Shown piece after piece: positions 24,808 through 34,124 of a DNA stretch of 64,000 nucleotides. Origin of the DNA: Candidatus Enterousia sp. (GTDB lineage Bacteria; Pseudomonadota; Alphaproteobacteria; Rs-D84). A program made the position numbers and the translations under genes. Within the stretch, counting starts at the first letter, position 1. Each line of letters begins with the position of its first letter. The stretch is from positions 3,588 through 67,587 of the forward strand of contig JAZLAT010000005.1 of assembly GCA_045613345.1 (NCBI GenBank), read 5' to 3'. Under the pieces are notes generated by a model. That model did no database searches. It had not been told where the DNA came from and saw only the letters and a program-made list of their open reading frames with translations.

Positions 24808-25422
24808 TTAATCATAGAAATCGTCGCCACCACTGGTGCTGACGGTTTTGTGCCGTTGAATTTGAAAATAGTTTTTTGGAAAACTTGTTTTTGGTTTCAA
24901 ATTGTTAAATTCTACATCTGTCTTGTTACCGGTTGCATCAATAATCGTCCAAGAATTTAATGTATTGTCTTTCTTGTTGAACACCATGACCATCGTTCCC
25001 AAACCTTCGTTCCCACGCAGATTCATTTTCAACGCGTATGTCGTTTTGCCATTGGCGGTATCAACCACATTTATATCTGCGTTTTGCAAATCAATTTTTT
25101 TGCGCACCAATATTCCCGCTGGCGTACTGGTCAAAGGAACGGTTGTAATTTGATCCAATGATTTATCATAAAAATACAAATCTGCACCATCCGCCATAAG
25201 TTGAATCGGTAAATTCTTGTAATCCAACCGCACGCGCCCCGGACGCAACATAGAAAAAGTTCCGACTTCGGCCTTGCCTTTGTTCGTTTGTACAAAGTTA
25301 CCGTTCAATCCCGTCAAAGAATTCAGATATTTTTCCGCACGCACAACCAAATCATTATCAACCGCGGCAAACGCACCGCTTGCCAAAATTGACATTACAA
25401 AAGCAACCATTATCTTTTTCAT
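24808..25422 (-). CDS. lolA: outer-membrane lipoprotein carrier LolA
   Basis: Signal peptide. FVQTNKGKAEVGTFSMLRPGRVRLDY ... LYFYDKSLDQITTVPL pattern. Confidence 0.82.
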   Translation of the reverse strand: MKKIMVAFVMSILASGAFAAVDNDLVVRAEKYLNSLTGLNGNFVQTNKGKAEVGTFSMLRPGRVRLDYKNLPIQLMADGADLYFYDKSLDQITTVPLTSTPAGILVRKKIDLQNADINVVDTANGKTTYALKMNLRGNEGLGTMVMVFNKKDNTLNSWTIIDATGNKTDVEFNNLKPKTSFPKNYFQIQRHKTVSTSGGDDFYD

Positions 25423-26384
25423 TTTATCACCTTTCTAAAAAGTTCAATCACGCGTTTTTTCACATTATCCAATGTATCAAACACAACCGCACCCGCCGCA
25501 AACTCATGTCCGCCGCCACCAAGTTCTACCGCAATTTTATCGACTGCACGGAACCGCCCACGAAGCGACACACCGATTCGTTCAGGATTCTGTTCTTTTA
25601 ACAAAACGATATAATCGACACCGTGAATTTGCCCCAACAAACTTAAAACTGTTTCACCACGACCGTCCAAGTTGCGATACTGTTTATTGTTTATAACCGC
25701 AATAGCCAATCGATGATGAAACAAGAATTCTGCATTTGCAACAGCACCGGCTTCGGTAATAATTGTCTTGCGCGGTTTGTTCGCCAAGCCGTTCAGAATG
25801 TGTTGAATATTCACACCTTCATCAACCATTTCGCCGACAATGCGCATAACATTTCCATGCTTTACGTATTTAAACAATCCTGTATCAGTGATTATCGCAG
25901 TTGTCAACAATTGCAAAACCGCATCGTCATATTCCAAGCCCGCCGCACGCATAAATTCATATACTATTTCACCCGTTGCCGCCGCAGTTTCATCATCAAT
26001 ACAAAGATTTCCAATTTTTGCATCATTTATATGATGGTCAAATTCAATGACATATTTTGCCTTGTCCAAAAATTTTTTGATACCACCAACATTGTGTTCT
26101 GCGCCATAGTCCATCACAATTGCAACATCCACAGGCATTTCGTCCGACACGCGTTCAAAGTAATGAAAACGACGACGCATTGGAACTTCATCCAAATTAT
26201 CGGGCACATTGCCATCATACATACACAAAACTTCTTTACCATAGTTAAGGTAAATCAAATGTCCCAACGCCATTACCGAACACAAAGCGTCACCATCAGG
26301 ATTCTTGTGTGCGAACACAATAATGTTCTCGGCATTTCGTATTTTTTCGTCAAAAGTTTTTATCTGTTCGGGTGTTATTTTCAT
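25419..26384 (-). CDS. nrnA: DHH-family phosphoesterase (NrnA-like oligoribonuclease/pAp phosphatase)
   Basis: HKNPDGDALCS, EFDHHIND, GGGGHEFAAGA (DHHA1). Confidence 0.82.
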   Translation of the reverse strand: MKITPEQIKTFDEKIRNAENIIVFAHKNPDGDALCSVMALGHLIYLNYGKEVLCMYDGNVPDNLDEVPMRRRFHYFERVSDEMPVDVAIVMDYGAEHNVGGIKKFLDKAKYVIEFDHHINDAKIGNLCIDDETAAATGEIVYEFMRAAGLEYDDAVLQLLTTAIITDTGLFKYVKHGNVMRIVGEMVDEGVNIQHILNGLANKPRKTIITEAGAVANAEFLFHHRLAIAVINNKQYRNLDGRGETVLSLLGQIHGVDYIVLLKEQNPERIGVSLRGRFRAVDKIAVELGGGGHEFAAGAVVFDTLDNVKKRVIELFRKVIK

Positions 26385-28135
26385 ATCGCGACATCTTCCA
26401 ATATCAATTGTACACTGGTTCGACCGTTATAAGAATTTTCTTTTAACCGCCCCAGCACTGTTATTTTAGTATTTATGTTCGCGTCGTCCAGTAAAAAATC
26501 ACCAATCGGGGTCCCAACCATATTAAAGCCTACAAATTCCAAACGTCCGCCCGTTGAAGTATGAAAATCGCCACGAATATGTGTTCCATCATGCCCCATC
26601 GTATATGTATGCGCCACACCGATTCCATGCAACACAAACACCGGTTCCGGATTCGATTGACCAAATGGTTCAAGTTTATCCAATTTCCTTACCAAATTCA
26701 TTGTTGCGCCCGCCGCGTCCATTTCGGCATCAACATGAACATCGAGCACAGGCACCGTACCATTTAACTGATTTAATACAGATTGTTCCAAAAATTCACA
26801 AAATTCCTGTTCTTTATCACACGGCAAAGAAAAGCCCGCCGCAGCCGCATGACCGCCACCTTCACTTATCAAACCACGCGCCAACGCATCGTGTATTATT
26901 GCACCCAAATCCACACCCGGAACCGAACGCCCAGAACCATTGATGGCGTCTTTTGAACGCGTCGCAACACATGTTGGCAGATTATATTTATCTTTTAATC
27001 TGCCTGCAATAATCCCCATGACACCGCCATGCCAATTATCGCCGCACACAAACAAGCTGCTTCTACCTTTTTTACAACAATCTTCGGCTATATCGGTTGC
27101 CTGAATCATAATAGCGTTTTGAATACCGATTCTTTCTTGGTTCATTTGGTCAAGTTTTGTTGCCAAATCATGCGCAATCAACGGATTTTCTGTTAATAAT
27201 AATTCCAACGCCGGGTTTGCAGAATTTAATCTTCCCGCCGCATTCAATCGCGGCCCCAATACAAATCCCGCCGTGTACACCGAAATTTTATCAACATGCG
27301 CAACATTCATAAGTGTCCGCAACCCCAAATTTTGACGAAGACTTAAAACCTTTAAACCCGTCGCAACAAAAGCACGATTTAATTCAATCAAAGCCATTGT
27401 GTCACATATTGTCCCCAACGCCACACAATCCATAAAGTTTAATAAATTGATATTATTGGCGCGCGCAGCCAAATCGGTGTTTTCAGATTTCTTTAATTCG
27501 CGATTTAATGCCACCAAAACAAAAAACGCAACACCAACGCCCGCCAAATAGTTAAGTCCAGATGTATCATCAGCGCGCTTTGGATTGACAACTGCATCTG
27601 CATTTGGCAAGGCGACATCTGGTGAATGATGGTCGGTAATCACAACTTGCATTCCCAAAGATTTTGCCAAATCTACCTCTGCAATTCCGCTTATTCCACA
27701 GTCCACAGTAATAATCAAGTTGACACCCGAATCATGCAATTCGTGCACCGCATCAGAATTTAATCCGTACCCTTCCCCTTCGCGCGTTGGCAAATGCCAA
27801 ACAACATTCGCACCAACACCGCGCAGATATTTTACAAAAATTGCGGTTGATGTAATTCCATCGACATCATAGTCGCCATAAATCGCAATTTTGTTTCCTG
27901 CGCGCACAGCCGATGCAATAACATCAACCGCCTTGGCACAATCGCACAAAACAAATGGGTCGGGCATATAGTCTTTGATTGACGGATTTAAAAACCTTGC
28001 AATATCGCTGGCAAGAACCCCGCGTCCGATTAAAATCCGTTGTATTAAATCATCTGCATCGACAAATGGAGAATTATCCCCATCGTCCATAACCCATGCG
28101 CGCCCCAGCATGGATTTTTCTACTATCTTTTTCAA
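26381..28135 (-). CDS. recJ: single-stranded-DNA-specific exonuclease RecJ
   Basis: 584 aa. IYGDYDVDGITS, VITDHHSP, GGGHAAAAGFS. Confidence 0.95.
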   Translation of the reverse strand: MKKIVEKSMLGRAWVMDDGDNSPFVDADDLIQRILIGRGVLASDIARFLNPSIKDYMPDPFVLCDCAKAVDVIASAVRAGNKIAIYGDYDVDGITSTAIFVKYLRGVGANVVWHLPTREGEGYGLNSDAVHELHDSGVNLIITVDCGISGIAEVDLAKSLGMQVVITDHHSPDVALPNADAVVNPKRADDTSGLNYLAGVGVAFFVLVALNRELKKSENTDLAARANNINLLNFMDCVALGTICDTMALIELNRAFVATGLKVLSLRQNLGLRTLMNVAHVDKISVYTAGFVLGPRLNAAGRLNSANPALELLLTENPLIAHDLATKLDQMNQERIGIQNAIMIQATDIAEDCCKKGRSSLFVCGDNWHGGVMGIIAGRLKDKYNLPTCVATRSKDAINGSGRSVPGVDLGAIIHDALARGLISEGGGHAAAAGFSLPCDKEQEFCEFLEQSVLNQLNGTVPVLDVHVDAEMDAAGATMNLVRKLDKLEPFGQSNPEPVFVLHGIGVAHTYTMGHDGTHIRGDFHTSTGGRLEFVGFNMVGTPIGDFLLDDANINTKITVLGRLKENSYNGRTSVQLILEDVAI

Positions 28136-28176
28136 CTTATTCTCTTTTTTATTATCAAGAACACTATATCATAAAT

Positions 28177-29799
28177 TTATTCAAATAGCAACGGCAGTAT
28201 ACTTTCCAAAATTTTTCCCGTGGTCGGCACAGCGTTCCATGCCGCGGTTCGCAACCCAAAACTTTCTTCTATACCTTTGGGTTCGTCCAAGACAACCAAA
28301 ATAGTATATTGTGGTGCAGACACAGGAAAGATTCCCACAAAAGCGGTCAAATTACGAAACTTGTCTATTTTACCATTGACGCGCTTTTCGGCTGTTGCGG
28401 TTTTTCCACCAATTTGCATACCGGCAACACGTGCTTTTTTTGCACTTGTTTCTTCGGCGATACGCAACATGACCGCACGCAAACGCGCCGATATATCATC
28501 ACTTAGGACCCGTTCACCTTGCAACGGCCCAAAAGTTTTTTTCTGTAATGTAGGATAAATATAAATCCCGCCATTTGTCATAGAATTTACCGCCAACAAC
28601 AAATGCATCGGGGTCACCGAAATACCATGTCCAAAAGACACTGTTGCACGTTCCACCGGCCCCCACTTACGCGGCGTCAAAGGCTTTTCTGTTTTTCCAA
28701 ATTCCAAATTCAATGCTTCATCCAAATGCAATCTATGAAAGAATTCTGGTTGTGTACCATCGGGCAAATCCAGTGCGATTTGTGCACTTCCGACATTACA
28801 TGAATGCAACATAATTTCTTCAACCGATAAATTTGGACGCGGTGGTTTAAAGCTACGGATATCGCTTATTGTGGCGGCGACCCGACCAAATTTATCACGA
28901 ATTTTGAATGGTTCTTTGATATAGTATTCACGCGATATACCATTTTCCATCGCCATCGCAGTATTGAACACTTTAAATATCGACCCCATTTCAAATGTCG
29001 CACGCATGGGTTTAAACAGCCGATTTGACATAGAATCACCGCCATAGTTTTCCGGATCAAAATCTGGCAAAGACACCATGGCAATCATTTCACCGGTGCG
29101 CGAATTCATCAACATTCCCATCGCGCTTTTTGCACCATACTTTTGCATAGCGGCGGATAATTGTTCATAAAAGACAGATTGTATGCGCGAATCAAGTGAT
29201 AACTGTAACGGTTCATTGGTATCAGACAAATAATCATCATAAGTGCGTTCCACACCTTCAAGTCCATGTAAATCATTTCCAACAAACCCGATAACATGCG
29301 AAAACAAACGGCGTTTTGGATAACGGCGTTCTTGAACAGATTCTATTTCTAAACCTGGTAATTTTGCGTTTAAAACTTTTTCGCGTTTGTCATCTGTTGC
29401 ATATTTTTTTATATACGTACCACGTCCTGAATCAATCATCTTTAATACCGCAGGCACAGAATATTCAAATGGGAATAAATCATGTACAAATGCCGCCACT
29501 GCATCGGGATCTTTGACCAACCGTGGACGCAACGCAATATGTCCCGACATAATATTTTTTGCCAATATATCACCATTTCTGTCAATGATATCGGCACGAT
29601 TTACAATCCATGTTCCCGCACCATAACCTTGGCGTGTGCGATTTGTTCCGTGTACGGCGAATTGAAATGTTCGCCCAACAAACACAATGAACAGAATCAC
29701 AAAAAAGCCATATACCAAACGCAACCGACGATGTCCATCGGCATCACCCAAGCCCCCAGAAAAAGTATGTTTTAAAATATCCTTTCCTACTTCGAACAT
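28177..29799 (-). CDS. ftsI: penicillin-binding protein 3-type transpeptidase (FtsI)
   Basis: 540 aa. N-terminal TM anchor, dimerisation domain, transpeptidase motifs MGSIFK (SxxK-type) and GKTATAE (KTG). Confidence 0.88.
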   Translation of the reverse strand: MFEVGKDILKHTFSGGLGDADGHRRLRLVYGFFVILFIVFVGRTFQFAVHGTNRTRQGYGAGTWIVNRADIIDRNGDILAKNIMSGHIALRPRLVKDPDAVAAFVHDLFPFEYSVPAVLKMIDSGRGTYIKKYATDDKREKVLNAKLPGLEIESVQERRYPKRRLFSHVIGFVGNDLHGLEGVERTYDDYLSDTNEPLQLSLDSRIQSVFYEQLSAAMQKYGAKSAMGMLMNSRTGEMIAMVSLPDFDPENYGGDSMSNRLFKPMRATFEMGSIFKVFNTAMAMENGISREYYIKEPFKIRDKFGRVAATISDIRSFKPPRPNLSVEEIMLHSCNVGSAQIALDLPDGTQPEFFHRLHLDEALNLEFGKTEKPLTPRKWGPVERATVSFGHGISVTPMHLLLAVNSMTNGGIYIYPTLQKKTFGPLQGERVLSDDISARLRAVMLRIAEETSAKKARVAGMQIGGKTATAEKRVNGKIDKFRNLTAFVGIFPVSAPQYTILVVLDEPKGIEESFGLRTAAWNAVPTTGKILESILPLLFE

Positions 29800-29801
29800 G
29801 T

Positions 29802-30110
29802 TTATTTAGATTCCGTTCTGTCTGGTAAATCGGCAATATCAACTGTCTTATTAAAACTTATTACTTCTGACTTCGGTACAACACTTGATACCAAGTTCCG
29901 CAATATTTCGGGGCGAACATAAGACGCAAAGTTCGCTTCGGCAACCGCAATCTCTTGTTCTGTTTGAACGATTTTTCGACGAACACTTTTACGTGCATCA
30001 TTTTGCACACGATAACATACCTGTAACGCAACCGTAACGATACCGATAATAACCAACATTACAACGCCAATATGAAACATCTTTTCGTCTTCGTTCATTT
30101 TTAATTCCAT
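29802..30110 (-). CDS. FtsL-like single-TM cell-division protein
   Basis: 102 aa. TM FHIGVVMLVIIGIVTVALQV followed by a coiled coil. Located immediately upstream of ftsI. Confidence 0.5.
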   Translation of the reverse strand: MELKMNEDEKMFHIGVVMLVIIGIVTVALQVCYRVQNDARKSVRRKIVQTEQEIAVAEANFASYVRPEILRNLVSSVVPKSEVISFNKTVDIADLPDRTESK

Positions 30111-30132
30111 AAATTCCTAATGCTTTATTCTA

Positions 30133-30495
30133 TCACAAATTTTTCAAAAAACGAATCATAGAATTTATCCCGTTCAAACGCGCCGCTCCAACATTTATAT
30201 GTAACTCCGAAAACCAAGAATCCAAAGGCATATCGCGAATCTCGGCAACGGTATGTCCATTGACCATGGATAAAATTATTGCAACAATTCCGCGCACCAA
30301 CATCGAATCGGCGGTGCCATAAAAATTATTTCCGCGCCGGCAAATTTGCACAAACGATGTACAGCCCGAAATTTCCGTACATTCTGCATCGGCGGGTGGC
30401 ACAGGCAAAGTTTTTCCGATATCCATTACTATCTCTAATTTTGCAACGGGGTCATCAATCATCGATAATATTTTTTTTATATCTTCAAATGTCAT
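30133..30495 (-). CDS. sufE: SufE-type sulfur acceptor
   Basis: 120 aa with the ISGCTSFVQI active-site Cys motif. Confidence 0.82.
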   Translation of the reverse strand: MTFEDIKKILSMIDDPVAKLEIVMDIGKTLPVPPADAECTEISGCTSFVQICRRGNNFYGTADSMLVRGIVAIILSMVNGHTVAEIRDMPLDSWFSELHINVGAARLNGINSMIRFLKNL

Positions 30496-30498
30496 TTT

Positions 30499-30813
30499 CT
30501 ACCAACCACTGTTTGTTAAATCCAATTCTAAACGCGCCGCATCAGACATACGCGATAAATCCCATGCGGGTTCCCAAACCAAATCCACACGTACTTCTGT
30601 CGGAGCAACAACACCAGACACAGCATTTTTCACCTGGGTCAAAATATCTTCCATCATGGGACAAGTCGGACTGGTAAATGTCATTTTTATCACGACCAAG
30701 TTATCCGATATATCGATGTCATATACTAAACCCATATCCCATATATTTACGGGAATTTCGGGATCAAAGACCGTCTTTAATGCTGCAATAATATCATCAC
30801 GATTAAATGCCAT
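30499..30813 (-). CDS. sufT: DUF59/MIP18-family Fe-S assembly protein (SufT)
   Basis: VFDPEIPVNIWDMGLVYDI ... TFTSPTCPM. Confidence 0.82.
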   Translation of the reverse strand: MAFNRDDIIAALKTVFDPEIPVNIWDMGLVYDIDISDNLVVIKMTFTSPTCPMMEDILTQVKNAVSGVVAPTEVRVDLVWEPAWDLSRMSDAARLELDLTNSGW

Positions 30814-30815
30814 TT

Positions 30816-31931
30816 TTATTTCACCATGTCTTTTATTATTGCAATCGTTTGGTCTATATCATTGATTGTATTATCTGAACCAACAGATATGCGTACCGAA
30901 CCGGTAATGCCCAACTTTTTATGTATCCAACTTGCACACATATTTCCTGCGCGCACACATATATTATGTGCACCCAAAATCGAACCAACATCCAATGGAT
31001 GCATACCTTCAATCACAAAAGACAATATTGCCGCATCGCGCGTTGTCAGAATCTTTACCTGCGGAATCTGCGACAATTCATCGTATGCGTGTTTTATTAA
31101 ATCCAGATTCGGCCTGTGCGATTCCAAATAATCAATGGCGGGTATCAATCCTGCGATTTGAGTCAATGGCAATGTCCCTGCTTCCCATTTTTCAGGGGCA
31201 TAATTTAACGTCAATTCGGAACCAGAAACGCGCAGCACCATCCCCCCACCAAATTTGTCGGGAAAATATTTTTCCGAATCACGAATATATAAAACGCCAA
31301 TTCCGGTATCTGCACCAACCTTGTGTCCCGAAAAGATAACAAAGTCCGCATTCCATTTTTTAACATCTATTTTTTCGTGTACGACATATTGCGATGCGTC
31401 AACAACGACAACAACATTTGGATTCCGACGACGCGCGGTGGCAACAATTTGTGCAACATCTTGCGGTCGCCCCAAAACATTAGACATTGCGGTCACGACC
31501 AAGAAGTCTGTTTTGGGAATCTTATTTGTATCCATATCAAAATTTTCGTCTAAATCACATACGAACATCTTGCCGATTTTACCCAAACGCATCAATTCTT
31601 GCCACGGCAGTCGCGCCGAATGATGATCTAAATCTGACACCGCAAAGCTTGACAATTCCGAATACCATGGTTGTCGCGAAATGATATTTACCACACGGTT
31701 CAAACCATCAGTCGCACCCGATGTAAAGACAACCTGGTTTGACTTGGCATTGATAAAACTTGCGACGCGTGCGCGCGTGCGTGCCACCATATCATCAACC
31801 GCAACCGCGCGCGCACATATTCCGCGACCCGCATTGGCATAATGATTCGCCATAAAATCGGATTCTGCTTCAATCACAAGTTGTGGTTTTAATGCACTTG
31901 CCGCCGAATCTAAATATATGATTTTATTCAT
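30816..31931 (-). CDS. sufS: cysteine desulfurase (SufS/class V aminotransferase)
   Basis: Start trimmed to MNKIIYLDSAASALKP. PLP-Lys motif FSGHKVGADTG, active-site RAGNMCA. Confidence 0.88.
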   Translation of the reverse strand: MNKIIYLDSAASALKPQLVIEAESDFMANHYANAGRGICARAVAVDDMVARTRARVASFINAKSNQVVFTSGATDGLNRVVNIISRQPWYSELSSFAVSDLDHHSARLPWQELMRLGKIGKMFVCDLDENFDMDTNKIPKTDFLVVTAMSNVLGRPQDVAQIVATARRRNPNVVVVVDASQYVVHEKIDVKKWNADFVIFSGHKVGADTGIGVLYIRDSEKYFPDKFGGGMVLRVSGSELTLNYAPEKWEAGTLPLTQIAGLIPAIDYLESHRPNLDLIKHAYDELSQIPQVKILTTRDAAILSFVIEGMHPLDVGSILGAHNICVRAGNMCASWIHKKLGITGSVRISVGSDNTINDIDQTIAIIKDMVK

Positions 31932-32006
31932 TTTGTTATTTCTCTTGCATTTTGCTTGAATTATAATACACTTGTCGAAAATATCAACAACCATAAGGAG
32001 AAAAAA

Positions 32007-32327
32007 ATGGCTATACAACACGCAGATGACAATAATTTCACAGAACTTACTGCGAACGGTTTAACATTGGTTGACTTTTGGGCACCATGGTGCGGACCAT
32101 GTCGTATGTTTGGACCCATATTTGAAGCAACATCAGACACAATCCCGGATGTTCACTTTGTTAAATTTGAAGTAAATGAACAGAGCAGTCGTACCCCGGC
32201 TAAATTCGGTATTCGTGGTATCCCAAGCGTCTTGGCGTTCAAGAACGGCGAATTGATTGAAGCACGCAGTGGTTTAATGGACCAAGAAACACTGACCGAT
32301 TGGATTATGGAATTAAAAGGAAAATAA
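32007..32327 (+). CDS. trxA: thioredoxin
   Basis: Start trimmed to MAIQHADDNNF (SD AAGGAG). WAPWCGPC active site. Confidence 0.95.
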   Translation: MAIQHADDNNFTELTANGLTLVDFWAPWCGPCRMFGPIFEATSDTIPDVHFVKFEVNEQSSRTPAKFGIRGIPSVLAFKNGELIEARSGLMDQETLTDWIMELKGK

Positions 32328-32328
32328 C

Positions 32329-32757
32329 ATGGCAAAAAAAGATTATAAAACTATTGAACTTAGCCCGAAATATGTTCCAAAAAAATCTGAACCTTATATG
32401 TGTCCGGAACAATTGGCATATTTCTATCAATTATTGACCGCACAAAAAGAAGAAATTATGCGCCAAAATGCATCGGCATTAAACACGGTCAGCACAACCA
32501 ACCGAACCAACGCTACAATTACGGGTGACGATTTGGATATCGCCATTGCAGAACAAGAAACAACCATGACATTACGCATGGCAGAACGCGATAATAATTT
32601 GTTGGTGAAAATCAATAGTGCTTTGGAACGCTTGGAAAACGGCACGTTTGGTTACAGTGTAATTTCTGGTGATGAAATTGGTCTGTCGCGTATGTTGGCG
32701 CGTCCGTTGGCGACCATGACCATTGAAGAACAAGAAGAACACGAAAAACGTGAATAA
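32329..32757 (+). CDS. dksA: DksA-family RNA polymerase-binding regulator (Cys-less variant)
   Basis: Coiled-coil DksA pattern with acidic tip (ITGDDLDIAIAEQE). C-terminal FGYSVISGDEIGLSRMLARPLATMTIEEQ aligns with the C4 zinc-finger region but has no Cys. Confidence 0.8.
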   Translation: MAKKDYKTIELSPKYVPKKSEPYMCPEQLAYFYQLLTAQKEEIMRQNASALNTVSTTNRTNATITGDDLDIAIAEQETTMTLRMAERDNNLLVKINSALERLENGTFGYSVISGDEIGLSRMLARPLATMTIEEQEEHEKRE

Positions 32758-32769
32758 AATTTTATGAAT

Positions 32770-32806
32770 AAAAAACACGGGCGATTTATTCGCCCATGTT
32801 TTTTAT
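32770..32806. terminator. bidirectional terminator hairpin between dksA and tatA
   Basis: Stem aacacgggcg / cgcccatgtt (one mismatch), flanked by A- and T-runs. Confidence 0.55.
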
Positions 32807-33021
32807 TTCTTTTTTGTTGTGCGTTTGCGCACGGGCTTTTTCGGTTTATCCGCCGATTTTTCCGCCGCGGGTTTCACATCGTCCTTTTTCATTTCTTTCT
32901 TGAACGTGTTCAAACCATTCGCCAAATTTTTCATCATATTCGGAATCTTGGCATGTCCAAACAGAATCACCAACAGGACAACAATAACCAGAATTTCCGC
33001 CCAACCTAATCTTCCAAACAT
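32803..33021 (-). CDS. tatA: twin-arginine translocase subunit TatA
   Basis: Start trimmed to MFGRLGWAEILVIVVLLVILFG (SD AAGGAG). Amphipathic helix and Lys-rich tail. Confidence 0.88.
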   Translation of the reverse strand: MFGRLGWAEILVIVVLLVILFGHAKIPNMMKNLANGLNTFKKEMKKDDVKPAAEKSADKPKKPVRKRTTKKK

Positions 33022-33035
33022 TTTTAACTCCTTGA

Positions 33036-33863
33036 TTATTTCGCCACATAGCAATCCAGACCATCGGACTTTGCGTTCCGACAGAATCCGTTCGCATCAT
33101 TTGATGTCGCAAATGCTACACGCAGGCGGTATGTTGTTTGACCATTCGGAAGAACCGCAGCCAAAATCACAAACTGTTTACCGCTGAACAAGTTTGCATG
33201 ACCGGCACGAATCTTTTTCTCGGCGGCTTCAGCAGATGCACGAGTGCCATACGACCCAAACTGTACATACCAACCACCGTTAGCAACCTTTTGCGGTGCC
33301 GGTTTTGGCGCAGGTTTTGGTTTGGCCGGTGTTTTTACCTGTTTTGGTGCGGGGGCCGGAATTGGTTTTGGTGCCGCGGTTTCGCGTGCCGGGTTAAATG
33401 TCACTTCTGGTCTGTCTTGAATTTGACGCACAGAATTTTGTTGCGGAACCGGTGCAGCAACCCCAGGCGCAGCCACAGGTGCGGGTGCAACCACAGGTTG
33501 TGGTGCGGGCATCGGGCGCGGTACCGGTGCAGGTGTCGGCGCAACCGGTGTTGGTACCGGAACAATCTGGACAGGTGCAGGTGCCGGCGCAGGCGCGGCT
33601 TGCGGTTCAACCACAACATCAACACTGCGTTCACCAACAACAATCGGTTCACCCAAATCAACATCTATGGATGAAGAAGAATTACTTCCCACAACGCGAA
33701 TTATCACAAACACCGCGATAACGATTATCGCAACCCCAATCCCCATCAACAGCCATGGACGGTGTGGGCGCGGTGCAACAAAAGGTGCGGCTTCGGGCAA
33801 ACTGTCTTCGGCGGCAACATCCGCATCGTCTAAATCCAAAAGGTCTAAATTTTCATCTTTCAT
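33036..33863 (-). CDS. SPOR-domain protein with Pro/Ala-rich linker
   Basis: Single TM, long PAPAP linker. C-terminal SPOR domain GGWYVQFGSYGTRASAEAAEKKI ... YRLRVAF. Confidence 0.8.
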   Translation of the reverse strand: MKDENLDLLDLDDADVAAEDSLPEAAPFVAPRPHRPWLLMGIGVAIIVIAVFVIIRVVGSNSSSSIDVDLGEPIVVGERSVDVVVEPQAAPAPAPAPVQIVPVPTPVAPTPAPVPRPMPAPQPVVAPAPVAAPGVAAPVPQQNSVRQIQDRPEVTFNPARETAAPKPIPAPAPKQVKTPAKPKPAPKPAPQKVANGGWYVQFGSYGTRASAEAAEKKIRAGHANLFSGKQFVILAAVLPNGQTTYRLRVAFATSNDANGFCRNAKSDGLDCYVAK

Positions 33864-33918
33864 TATAAAACTCCCTTGTAACAGGAGTATTATATCATAA
33901 AAAACTTATATAACAAAA

Positions 33919-34062
33919 TTATTTTGTGGGACGTGCACCAAAATGTGGTGGCACAATCAATTTATGATTTTGCTCTACAATCGGTTCTGTTTCGCAAGAC
34001 CCACCACACCCCATCAAAACCACGGGTGCCAACAAAGCAATTATCAATAAAATTTTTTTCAT
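33919..34062 (-). CDS. 47-aa mini-lipoprotein (below the ORF-track cutoff)
   Basis: My own translation: MKKILLIIALLAPVVLMGCGGSCETEPIVEQNHKLIVPPHFGARPTK, with lipobox LMGC. Sits between thrS and the SPOR gene on the same strand. Confidence 0.4.
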   Translation of the reverse strand: MKKILLIIALLAPVVLMGCGGSCETEPIVEQNHKLIVPPHFGARPTK

Positions 34063-34124
34063 TTTTTTCCCTTTTCTTTCCGTTATCTGGCGGATTAAAT
34101 CCGCCAGACAACACGAACTATGAA

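Noticed and set aside
33138-33674. Long antisense/alternative-frame ORFs inside real genes, for example 33138-33674, 33398-33721, 11985-12437, 25713-26432, 54746-55180, 52465-53013 and 37108-37518.
   Set aside because: They are shadow ORFs overlapping genes with clear homology-type motifs. They have low-complexity or Cys/Arg/His-rich composition typical of out-of-frame translation and no RBS.
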